From NCBI GenBank assembly GCA_964013555.1, contig CAXGXL010000001.1, positions 1 through 25,666 on the forward strand: a stretch of 25,666 bases of DNA, read 5' to 3'. This DNA comes from an uncultured bacterium (GTDB lineage Bacteria; Myxococcota; XYA12-FULL-58-9; JABJBS01). Of the stretch, positions 1-9,020 are shown piece after piece. Position 1 is the stretch's first letter, and each line of letters starts with the position of its first letter. The position numbers and the translations under genes were made by a program. The notes under the pieces were generated by a model, which ran no database searches, was not told the origin of the DNA, and saw nothing but the letters and a program-made list of their open reading frames with translations.

Positions 1-2
1 CT

Positions 3-1256
3 CCAGATCCCACCGAATTCTACACATCCTTGGTCGCAAATTATCGTAAGCGATGCGTCGGAGGAAGCGATCAGGTCGTGCTAGTAAGATACGGAAACGA
101 CGTCAGCGCTGATAATGAAGACCAACGCCTCCAAGCTATCTTGGAAAAACTGGGTGTAGAGACCGTTGTACTGCGGGACAACCCTGAAGATGGACGCTTC
201 AAAAACTCACTCGAAGTCAGACGTAACGGGGTCTACTTGAAAACCAAAGGCGAGCGAGCTCGCAAAGTGGGATTTGTTATAGCGGGTCTTGAGCCATCGG
301 AAATAGATCCAGCCCACCCCGCCGTTTACAGCGGAAATCTGCGCCGTTTAATCGCGGACGAAATCGAAGAAGTTGAAGAAAGCCTCTCAAAGTTAGTATC
401 GCTCTGCGCTAGCAATCCTAAACGCATGGCATTAGAGTCTCAATATAGAGAGTTAAAATCTCTTCTTAGACCAGGTCAAAAAGACGAGACGCAAACAAAA
501 GCTATCACCAATTACCTCGAAGCTAACAATCCCGATGCTCTTGAGGATCTCGAAGTGGGAGGAATTCCTGGTTTGTTGGATGCCTTTTACAATGGTCAAG
601 TAGGCATGAACAATGCCCCCGGCGCGGAGTTCATTGGAGACAAAGAACTCTACATGTACGTCGATAAAATGGTCGAATTCTACCTCAAAGAAGCACCGGT
701 CATCAAAAATTTACCAACACGTTCATTTAGAAGTTACAACGAAAAAGGCGATTGCATCTTAGATCGACCTCTTTTCGAGCAGGTCTTTGACAATGCCACA
801 AAGCCCAAAAATTCGTATGTAATAAAACGAGTTGATGGAAGAGGAGGTAAAGCCGTCTGGGTGGGTGCCAAGATGAAAAAGTGGGAAGATTTTGCTGCCT
901 TAAAATCAATGGTGCAGCGAGAGCCTAGTGCATTTATTGTCCAAGAATACACACCCCTTTCTCAAGTCGATGGTCACCTCGTTGATCTGAGGCTTCTGTC
1001 TGATGTGAACCCCATCGAAACCATCGTAGCACCCGTTCCTTGGGGGCGTGCTGTTCGCGCCAAAGGGAGCAATGGCAAAGTTAATATCTCTGATAACGGT
1101 GGAGAACAAGTCGTCATGATTTCAAGTACGGAACCGGCTGCCAGAAAAACCAAACGGGCTCGAGTAGTAACACCCACGCTGGCATCTACTCGATCTCGAC
1201 GCTCAGGAATTTACAGCTCCGCACAAAAGTTCACGATGAAACACAACGACGAATAA
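3..1256 (+). CDS. Circularly permuted type 2 ATP-grasp protein, 5'-truncated by the window
   Basis: The frame is open back to the window edge (cca gat ccc acc..., PDPTEFYTSL), so TTG at 30 is probably not the start. Motifs GIPGLL..NAPGAEFIGDKELY, VIKRVDGRGG, FIVQEY and VDLR parallel the GVPGL..NAxGTGVADDK, VVKPVDGSGG and HVDLR motifs of this family. Confidence 0.85.
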   Translation, partial: PDPTEFYTSLVANYRKRCVGGSDQVVLVRYGNDVSADNEDQRLQAILEKLGVETVVLRDNPEDGRFKNSLEVRRNGVYLKTKGERARKVGFVIAGLEPSEIDPAHPAVYSGNLRRLIADEIEEVEESLSKLVSLCASNPKRMALESQYRELKSLLRPGQKDETQTKAITNYLEANNPDALEDLEVGGIPGLLDAFYNGQVGMNNAPGAEFIGDKELYMYVDKMVEFYLKEAPVIKNLPTRSFRSYNEKGDCILDRPLFEQVFDNATKPKNSYVIKRVDGRGGKAVWVGAKMKKWEDFAALKSMVQREPSAFIVQEYTPLSQVDGHLVDLRLLSDVNPIETIVAPVPWGRAVRAKGSNGKVNISDNGGEQVVMISSTEPAARKTKRARVVTPTLASTRSRRSGIYSSAQKFTMKHNDE

Positions 1257-1391
1257 TGGTTCACAATTGAGCTTGCCTATTTCCTTAAGAGATCAGAGCG
1301 ATTGCGAAGTTCATGGGCTGTCCGCTCATCACCTAATCAGAGTGAGATGCGTCGGGCGGTTAGCTTACTCGTCCTATCCAGCAAGCTCTAT

Positions 1392-2327
1392 CTAATTGAA
1401 TAAGAAACCACCAACGACCACATCGGGAACATATCCAATCCCAAATGAGATCATGTAACTTGGATTATAACGGTCAGTTTTATCTAGGTTCCCACTGTCG
1501 GCACCCAATTGATAGGTTGGAATCAGCGCTTCAGTCTGAATGAACATGCGAATCGTACTAGCCCTTAGAATCTCATACCCAAGGCTGACCTTGAAATCAA
1601 AGCCCGCCCCGGTCCAGAGGTCGGTGCTCTTTGTTACCAAAGCCGTCGTGCCATAACCAACCCCAAGGCCAGCAAAGGCCGAATGACTAGACTCACCGTC
1701 GAAAAAATACAATCCGCCAAGATGGGCGCCAAAAGAAAAAGATCCTCCGTTATCACTCCGACTCGCATGATCGCTTAAACTAAAACCGAACGCAGATTCA
1801 GCTTCAATCGCCCAGTTATCTAGCTCTACCCGCATTCCCACACCAAGGTTTGGCCCCACCGGAACGCCCACCGTATGAACCATAGCACCACCGCGAAACA
1901 TCGTAAGAAAATCAGCTTTCTCCCTTTTGGGTTCAGCTTGTCCCTTGGTAACATTCGTGCGGTCCATACTCAATGCGAGTGGCTCGCCAGAAAGTAGAGA
2001 TTTAATTATTTGCGAGCAGACATTAGGAATATCGTCGAGCCCCTGAGCCACTAAGCGACGTTGGTCATCACCCCGAGTCGCCGAAAGAGTCACTGAAGTG
2101 CCGATCTTGACACTAGACAATACAATTTCATCCTCACACCCTTGACTGATTATCCGATAACCAGCTTCTTCGATCTCCTGTTTCGCTAACATTAAGACGG
2201 CTTTTCGATCTCCCTCCGACAAATTGTCTCGCTCCGTATCGATCGCAACACAGATTTCACTCGCATAAGCAGCTTCTAAGAAAAAGAGCGGAGCTACCAA
2301 ACCCAAAAAGATTCTAATGAAAGGCAT
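1392..2327 (-). CDS. Exported hypothetical protein with predicted C-terminal outer-membrane beta-barrel
   Basis: N-terminal signal-peptide-like segment (MPFIRIFLGLVAPLFFLEAAYA). The C-terminal half is Gly/aromatic-rich with alternating strands (GLGVGYG, VSLGYEI, ISFGIGY). Confidence 0.6.
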   Translation of the reverse strand: MPFIRIFLGLVAPLFFLEAAYASEICVAIDTERDNLSEGDRKAVLMLAKQEIEEAGYRIISQGCEDEIVLSSVKIGTSVTLSATRGDDQRRLVAQGLDDIPNVCSQIIKSLLSGEPLALSMDRTNVTKGQAEPKREKADFLTMFRGGAMVHTVGVPVGPNLGVGMRVELDNWAIEAESAFGFSLSDHASRSDNGGSFSFGAHLGGLYFFDGESSHSAFAGLGVGYGTTALVTKSTDLWTGAGFDFKVSLGYEILRASTIRMFIQTEALIPTYQLGADSGNLDKTDRYNPSYMISFGIGYVPDVVVGGFLFN

Positions 2328-2563
2328 ATGAAGTACTCCTTACTCCCCAAGGATAAATAGGGAGAGTTCCATGGCTGCGTACACAGACGTTTGTAGGCTC
2401 CGTATATTTACTCCCTCGTGAAAGTAAAAGAAAAAAAGAGCCAGCACGCCAGCAACTCCCCGGATTACAATGGGCTAGCCCCCCCCCATTAACTAAAACC
2501 AATAGGAACACGGATTTCACTTGCTGCTCTTGAATTACCAGAGCCAAATACAAGACACTCTCA

Positions 2564-3742
2564 CTAAATAGCCGTTTTCTCTTTTTTATCGCTCCCAAGT
2601 TCAATTAATACGGCTTCGGCCGGGCAATTCACTCGAAATGGCAACCAATGTCCTAGACCGGCTGATGTATAGAGATGACTTTGTCCTCGCTGATAATGGC
2701 CCATAAGGTAGCTCTTCGGCGCAAAAGGCTCAAACAAAGAGCGCCCACCGAAGCCAATCTGTCCACCGTGAGTATGGCCAGCCAAAGTTAAAGTTACGCC
2801 TCTTTCAGCTGCAGCGTCAAACCCCTGAGGCCGGTGACACAAGAGAATGGTTATTGGAATATCAACGGGCTTTTCAGCTAAGGCAGTGTCGACGGTTTCG
2901 TGGAAAAAAATTCGTCTACGCCTCCACTGTCGAGCAGGATCGTCCGCCCCGGCTAGCCAAAACTTAGAACCGTTTATCTCTAAAGCTACCCCTTTATTAC
3001 AAAGAAAACCCACACCTTTGTTCTGATAAATTCGTTCAGCTTCTTCACGTCCTCTATAAATTTCATGATTGCCAATACAAGCAAAGATTCCCAAAGGAGG
3101 CTCTAAGGTCGCCAAGGAATCAAGCGCAGGCTCTAATTTAGAGTAATCGTCAGCGATATCTCCCGTCAGAACAACCAAATCAGGCTTAGCTACCGCAGCA
3201 AGGCGCACTATCTTCTGAATTTGCTGGACGCCGATATGCAGTCCCAGGTGAACATCCGTTAGATGCAAGATCCGCATGCCTAGCAATCCCGCCGAGGCAG
3301 GGCCAAGGGACATGGAAACTCGTTTCAATATAGGATCCTGCAATGCAGCTCCTACCCCCAAAGGGGTGCATGCAAACGAGAGTGCCGGAACTGTAGCAGC
3401 CGACTTTAGAATAAGTGAACGTCTCCCAAGATCGACCTCTGGCGCCTTTGTATTGAGGCACTTGGCCCAGAATTTCAAAGGTAACCAGACCAAACCCGAA
3501 ACAACGATTGCCCACATTGCTAATCCAATAGTTTGTGCCAATACAGAAAAAAACTGCGCCGCATCGGGATGCGATTCTCGAAAGAGAAAAACCCCACTTA
3601 TGCCAATACCGATCAGCAAGTACGCCAAAAGCGTTCCACGGCTTAACCAACCACTCCAGCTCGCAGAAAAGCCGAACCGCAAAAACACAGCAGGGAGGGC
3701 CACAAACAACAAGCATCCAACGATAAAGCTAACCCAGACCAT
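2564..3742 (-). CDS. Membrane-anchored calcineurin-like metallophosphoesterase (YkuE/YaeI-like)
   Basis: Motifs HLTDVH, LTGDIAD, GNHE, LLCHRP, GHTHGGQ and TSAGLG are present, preceded by about three TM helices. ATG at 3742 has AAGGTG upstream; the ORF track uses GTG at 3751. Confidence 0.93.
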   Translation of the reverse strand: MVWVSFIVGCLLFVALPAVFLRFGFSASWSGWLSRGTLLAYLLIGIGISGVFLFRESHPDAAQFFSVLAQTIGLAMWAIVVSGLVWLPLKFWAKCLNTKAPEVDLGRRSLILKSAATVPALSFACTPLGVGAALQDPILKRVSMSLGPASAGLLGMRILHLTDVHLGLHIGVQQIQKIVRLAAVAKPDLVVLTGDIADDYSKLEPALDSLATLEPPLGIFACIGNHEIYRGREEAERIYQNKGVGFLCNKGVALEINGSKFWLAGADDPARQWRRRRIFFHETVDTALAEKPVDIPITILLCHRPQGFDAAAERGVTLTLAGHTHGGQIGFGGRSLFEPFAPKSYLMGHYQRGQSHLYTSAGLGHWLPFRVNCPAEAVLIELGSDKKEKTAI

Positions 3743-4135
3743 TCGCGTCACCTTGATTCATAGTTATTTATTCACACGCCTTAACACAAAATTGGAAATT
3801 GTCTCATACTTCAAGTGATTCCGCTACCGGTGTAAAAAAGTACCTCGCAGGTAAACCATTGTTTGTGGATACCCTAACCGAATAAAAGAGGTTAAAAACC
3901 AGACCTCTTCCCCAATTAAGTTGCTCCGATTCTAGAGTGAAAAGTCCACTAAGAGACAAAAGGGTAAGGTCGGAGAAGCTTTGGAAAGCCGTACCACAAC
4001 TCTACCGAGCCCAATAAACCAACCAACGGTCAGCCATCAAAGGACCAATATCCCCCCTCCAAAAAACTTGGATACTCCGGTGTCTCGCACTCGTCCCGAC
4101 GGTGCTCTAAGAAAGCCACAACCTACAGAAATAGA

Positions 4136-4162
4136 ACAACAATCTTGTCTAACAACCGATAA
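4136..4162 (+). promoter_or_regulatory. Putative sigma-28 (FliA-like) promoter
   Basis: ACAAC-N14-ACCGATAA, a 7/8 match to the GCCGATAA -10 box, ending 41 bp before the GTG at 4204. Same spacing as the sites at 10645 and 23689. Confidence 0.5.
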
Positions 4163-4203
4163 ACTACAAGTAGGCTAAGTGAAAAATAACCCTAGGATGT
4201 AAT

Positions 4204-5697
4204 GTGCAAATAGGTACCAATGCAGACTCTCCCATGCGCCCACCCGCTGAATCCCGCTCCTCACGTCCTAATAGTCCTAGCTCACCCGACGTTGCTTGCT
4301 CCACTAACGATCTCCCGGCCAGTCCTGCTTGTAGACACCGAGGTTCGGAACCCGAGTCAGACTCCTCCCTCTCTTCGGTGGCAATTCTAAACCCAGCTCC
4401 AACACGAAACCAGACGTCATCCCCAGGCCAGCGGGAACGGACCTTCGAAGCACAAAAACAAGCGTGGACAACGATCTTCTGGCCCTACGCCGATTCCTCG
4501 ACGGATGGAAGGGGACACCCTTCTTTCAATCTTTGGGCCGACGGAGGCTGTCTCGCCAAATTTGACCAAGTCCTAGGAAAACGTGGACTGCCCGTGGGCG
4601 CGGTACGCCACGAAAAACGCCCAGCCCTCGGATTCCTGAAGCCAGGCGCAGACAGCCCTCCTGGTTACTATATCCCCTCGAACACGGTGCGCGAAGATGA
4701 CGCCGAACAAACCACAGGCGTCTCTTTTTCTGGCGGCGACTCCCTCAGGCCTGATGTCAAAAAGGATTTTCTCGATGACTTCGGCAATTTTGGCACGAAT
4801 GGCAAAACGAATGGCACACTGGATGTTAGTTGGTGGGGGAGCTGCGATGCAGTTGCCCTGGCGGGAATCACGTTTCGCGAACCTCTAAAGCCAGTAACCT
4901 ACCATGGTGTTACTTTTACACCACAAGATATCAAGGGACTTTTGGTTGTTTGTGCCTATAGCGTAGCCCCAGATAGCGAAGTTGTAGGTCCTCGATTCAA
5001 CGGACTTCCCGACGAAGTAAAATTGCGAGATGGAAATGTGTTGCGGGGTGCCATCCAAAATATGCGATTGCGTGATTTTCGACAAAATCACTCCCGACGT
5101 GAAAAGCCAGGATTCATAACATTGTATAACCCCACGCAATCTATCGAACTTAAGCTGGTGGACGGAAGTCTTCGCAAGATCGACAAGATGAAAATTCAAT
5201 CGATATGTCGGGAAGATCCTGAAGCATTATCACCTGCGCTCTTTCACAAAACACTCAAAACATGGCTTCGCGACAAACGACCATTTGCAATGGACTATGA
5301 CCCAGGTCCGGATGTTTGGAATGACAACTATGACAAAGCCAAGGTTGTACGGAGCTCTAAACCACCCGCGGACGTCAAAATAGAAAGCCTGAACGGACAC
5401 TCTGGAGATTATTCAGGAGGGGCAATCCGATTTTATCACACAACCCTCTATCAAAAAGGAATGGCTTCAGGCTCTTACCACTACTGGATCGAAAAGAAGG
5501 ACAATGTCGTAGTCAACAGTGGGTGGCTAGATAAAGCCTCTTACAAATCGAATCCAGATTTCATGTGGCGACCTAAAGATGGCGCAAACGTAAATTTCAG
5601 TGGAGACAACAAACGAAATCCCTTTGTCTTACCCAGGCTCGTCAAAGAGATCTATCTTTCCAGCCTCGCTCCCCCTTCGCCCAATGGGGAAAGTTAG
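4204..5697 (+). CDS. Transglutaminase-elicitor (GP42-like) family cysteine enzyme with Ser/Pro-rich N-terminal extension
   Basis: Motifs FWPY, SWWGSC, REP..VT..GVTFTPQDIKGLL, PALFH, DVWN, YHYWIE, NPDFMWRP and NPFV match the family pattern. AGGA lies upstream of the GTG start. Confidence 0.75.
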   Translation: MQIGTNADSPMRPPAESRSSRPNSPSSPDVACSTNDLPASPACRHRGSEPESDSSLSSVAILNPAPTRNQTSSPGQRERTFEAQKQAWTTIFWPYADSSTDGRGHPSFNLWADGGCLAKFDQVLGKRGLPVGAVRHEKRPALGFLKPGADSPPGYYIPSNTVREDDAEQTTGVSFSGGDSLRPDVKKDFLDDFGNFGTNGKTNGTLDVSWWGSCDAVALAGITFREPLKPVTYHGVTFTPQDIKGLLVVCAYSVAPDSEVVGPRFNGLPDEVKLRDGNVLRGAIQNMRLRDFRQNHSRREKPGFITLYNPTQSIELKLVDGSLRKIDKMKIQSICREDPEALSPALFHKTLKTWLRDKRPFAMDYDPGPDVWNDNYDKAKVVRSSKPPADVKIESLNGHSGDYSGGAIRFYHTTLYQKGMASGSYHYWIEKKDNVVVNSGWLDKASYKSNPDFMWRPKDGANVNFSGDNKRNPFVLPRLVKEIYLSSLAPPSPNGES

Positions 5698-5921
5698 ACA
5701 AAGGAACATTTCTCCGATTGCCATCTCCCTTGCGCATACTACAAATCAAGTGCCTGGTTCTACTCGCCTACAGACTCTCATAAAAACAAACTACTTCAAC
5801 CATTCCTCGCTAGTATTGCCGACGGCTCCAAACCCACGACAGGCAGCCACCAGCCTAGGTCAGTTGAGACGCCGGTAAATCAAAGTTAATGCCGAATTAG
5901 AATCAAACACTTCAAAACGGT

Positions 5922-8702
5922 TTAAAGTAGTTTCCCACTTCCCTCTAGCTCAAATTTAATAAGTTTACGACTCAAGCGAACCACCCGTTCTAAGAACTTG
6001 TAATTGCGAAACGTGTGTCCCATTAAATATAGCCCTAGTCGATTGATAATAAAGTCGTTTAACCCATAAAGATAACCCTTGCGCCACAACTCTCTATCAA
6101 GCGTCACCTTCGCAGCTTTCTCCAAACTGACTCGGTGAAGTTCAATAAGAGAATCAACCTCCTTTTTCGTAACTGTTTCATGCAAACTAAACACCAAGAA
6201 TTCAGCTAAATCCCGTTGTGGAATATGCAGAGTAGCCAACTCCCAATCGTAAGCACACAAAGTCAGTTTACCATCTTCCCCGCGTCGAAAGCCCAAGTTA
6301 CGTGGGTTAAAATCGCCGTGAATTAGCGTGCGAGGCATGGCCTCTATTTCACTCCACCAAGTTCCAATCTCACGGATAAGCTCATTGGCATATTCTACAT
6401 CCGCTTGCTCAAACCAAGAGGAAAACTCTTCACCCGCATGGCCTGTCAATGCTTGCCACAGAGGCTTCATCTCAACCATTGCCTCTGCAGACATCACCTC
6501 CCCGATCCACGACTCTTCTTTCAGAGAATCTTCTTGCCCCAAGCCAATACTGTGTAAATCAGCTAAGCCTACTATAGCCGCTTCATAGTGTTCCTTAGTC
6601 CACTCCGTGATATCGTTGGCAGTATTCATCAGCTCCAGATTACTCAGATCTTCAAGCACTAAAACATATGCCTCGCGTTTTGGGTCTTGGTGACATGCGT
6701 GAACCTTCGGAGTCAAACGCTTAAAAAGAGGATGATTTTGGCTGTAAATTGCCAGTTCACGTATATGACATGCCTTAACGCCTACGCGATCCTTAAATTT
6801 ATTGTAGGCAGAAGCCAATTGTCCACCGCACATCTGAGCCATCCCGTTGCTCATGAGGATAACCTCTTGATCAATAGGTTTGACTTTCACCATCACCTTC
6901 ATGTCCCGAGAAATTCCTCGGCCATCCATATAGTGAATTCTCTTAGGAAAGAGGCCAACCAATTTGTCGACCTTACGAGCAGTCAGTTCGGTTATGATGC
7001 TACTGCCCATCACCATCTCGAAATCCTCAACCTCTTTGACTTCAAGAGCTAAGTCCCCCAACTCTCGCTGCAAATAAGGCTCAAAAAACTTAGAGTTCAA
7101 ATCGGATTGGGTAAACCAATCTACGGGCCTATTACGACCCAGCTTGTCGTGAGCGGAAGCAAATTGCCCCGACGCCATTGCCGAAAGAGTTGAAATATCC
7201 AAAGCCAGACAATACCCGGCGATTATTTCAGCCAACCTCCCTGACCGGTTGGCCCCCTTGCACCCCATTAATTCGAGATAGTTGCCCTGATTGGGAAGAT
7301 TGGTTCCCCCTCCTACACTACCTACAATCAACGCAGGCAAATCCAATGAAAAATGAACTGCCGTGTCACTAGCGTGCACCCGTAGGTTTCCCAAACTAGA
7401 TTCATGAACCGATGCGATATCCTGACCAGTAGCAGTAAAGATAGCCGCTATGGCGTTTGCAATATTCACATTGTTGCCAAGCATACCTATGCTTATACCT
7501 GCAGCTACTCCATTCTCGTGGGTTTCTCGCAACTGCCGCGGCGTTACCTTAAGAACCTTCTCCAAGATTTCGTTAGGAATAAGAGCCTCCGCAGAAACTC
7601 GGGTACCGCGCCCAACCAAGAAGGACTGAAAGTTGGCCTTCTTATCCCCGCTCATGTTCCCGTCGACAGCAAACCGTTCTACCACTATGTCCGGATAAAA
7701 CTGCAACTGCTCCAAAAGCCACTGGCACGCCTTCCACGTGCAAGAAGTCGTCATGTTCTGACCGGCCGCGTCCCCAGTTTCATACGCAAATGTAATGTTA
7801 ACCCTGGGGCCGACTTGGTCAGGTAAGACTGCGGTCAAACGGGCATGTTTTGACACGAGACGTGTTTGGGCCCGAATTTCCTCCACATGGTCTTCGACCC
7901 AAGCACGAAAAGTACTCGCGGCCTCCGTCGAATTAAAGACAAAAAGAGGCACTCGAAACATTCGTTGCCGATGCACCCTAGTAGTAACCCCGCCAGAACG
8001 CGAAATCGCAACAGCTCCCCGCGTAGCCGACGCAACTAAAGCTCCTTCTGTCGTAGCCATAGGAGCGTAAATGGGCCCAATTACGTTGTCTCCCTTGAAC
8101 CAGAGAGGGCCAGCAAGTCCAACCGGTATCTCAACACTCCCCACCAAGTTTTCGATGTTGCCCGTCAAGCTCTCGGCAACCAAGTCTATTTTGTCTAATG
8201 TCTCTAGGCTTGCCCCCGAAACTCTGCGCGCAAACGCAAGGCGCTCTACGCGCGCCTCTTCCGTATAGTGACCGCGCCCCGGAATACGCTCTAGTTTCTC
8301 AGGTTGAACAGCCTCATAAGCTTCCGCCTCCTTGATGGTCTGCAATTGATGAAAAACTCGCCACAAAGTAGCTCGTGTCTCAGAGTCTTCACCCAAAAGA
8401 CCCAATTCGACATTGCCATCGGCGACTCTGACCACACGAGTCACCGTCAAACGCTCGAGAACATGGCAACTCAGAGCCGTCCCTAAAGAAATTCTTTCCA
8501 TTAACGACCCGGGAGCCGGAAACGCAGAAGCGGGTAAATTAAAGAGCACCCTTAAACCGTTTTCCGAAACGTCCATCACTTTACCGATATGTGAATCCCC
8601 TCCTAGGCTCAGTTTGACATAAGCACTCTTAAGCCCACCAAAAGCCTCATCGACATCCTGCATTTCCAACCGTTTTTTGGCCCGTTCAAGAGAATTGGTC
8701 AT
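5922..8702 (-). CDS. hmgA: PilZ - class I HMG-CoA reductase - APH/choline-kinase-like phosphotransferase fusion
   Basis: HMGR motifs ENLVG, PMATTEGALVAS, DAAGQNM, GDKKA, TGQD, GSVGGGT and SAH. C-terminal HGDFNPRN and YDWE. N-terminal RAKKR and DVSENG. GAGGTG precedes TTG 8708 and ATG 8702, and the spacing favours the ATG. Confidence 0.92.
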   Translation of the reverse strand: MTNSLERAKKRLEMQDVDEAFGGLKSAYVKLSLGGDSHIGKVMDVSENGLRVLFNLPASAFPAPGSLMERISLGTALSCHVLERLTVTRVVRVADGNVELGLLGEDSETRATLWRVFHQLQTIKEAEAYEAVQPEKLERIPGRGHYTEEARVERLAFARRVSGASLETLDKIDLVAESLTGNIENLVGSVEIPVGLAGPLWFKGDNVIGPIYAPMATTEGALVASATRGAVAISRSGGVTTRVHRQRMFRVPLFVFNSTEAASTFRAWVEDHVEEIRAQTRLVSKHARLTAVLPDQVGPRVNITFAYETGDAAGQNMTTSCTWKACQWLLEQLQFYPDIVVERFAVDGNMSGDKKANFQSFLVGRGTRVSAEALIPNEILEKVLKVTPRQLRETHENGVAAGISIGMLGNNVNIANAIAAIFTATGQDIASVHESSLGNLRVHASDTAVHFSLDLPALIVGSVGGGTNLPNQGNYLELMGCKGANRSGRLAEIIAGYCLALDISTLSAMASGQFASAHDKLGRNRPVDWFTQSDLNSKFFEPYLQRELGDLALEVKEVEDFEMVMGSSIITELTARKVDKLVGLFPKRIHYMDGRGISRDMKVMVKVKPIDQEVILMSNGMAQMCGGQLASAYNKFKDRVGVKACHIRELAIYSQNHPLFKRLTPKVHACHQDPKREAYVLVLEDLSNLELMNTANDITEWTKEHYEAAIVGLADLHSIGLGQEDSLKEESWIGEVMSAEAMVEMKPLWQALTGHAGEEFSSWFEQADVEYANELIREIGTWWSEIEAMPRTLIHGDFNPRNLGFRRGEDGKLTLCAYDWELATLHIPQRDLAEFLVFSLHETVTKKEVDSLIELHRVSLEKAAKVTLDRELWRKGYLYGLNDFIINRLGLYLMGHTFRNYKFLERVVRLSRKLIKFELEGSGKLL

Positions 8703-9020
8703 AGACAAACACCTCGGATTTACTTCTTTGTCGTCCCATACGGGTTAAAATATTCTTTTCTCGGTACAAGACTCTACTCCCCCCAAAAACAGCCAATAGA
8801 GAACCTCCAACCAAGAGTCACTCACTCCATTTAGAAAAGTGCTAACTCGAGTTATCACCAAGGTAAAACCAGACAATCGCAGGGCTGCTAGTATGAATTC
8901 AGTGGCTTAATTTCAATATCGATGATTCCTTGATACAATTGCTTCAAAAGAGCAATAATTCAACAGATCTGGCGAATTCGAAGGGGTCTACTCCGCTAAC
9001 CACCCTCAACTAGGCATAAA

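Noticed and set aside
1269-1388. 8-bp inverted repeat GAGCTTGC...GCAAGCTC with weak internal hairpins (MITE or ncRNA?)
   Set aside because: The arms do not extend, I saw no target-site duplication or second copy, and the pairing is weak.
3390-3430. Internal twin-arginine-like motif (GRRSLI) in the metallophosphoesterase
   Set aside because: An RR segment after the TM helices is a common feature of this subfamily and is not novel.
7130-7151. AMPK-like regulatory Ser six residues after the HMGR catalytic His
   Set aside because: The sequence is AHDKLGRN, so the equivalent position is Asn.
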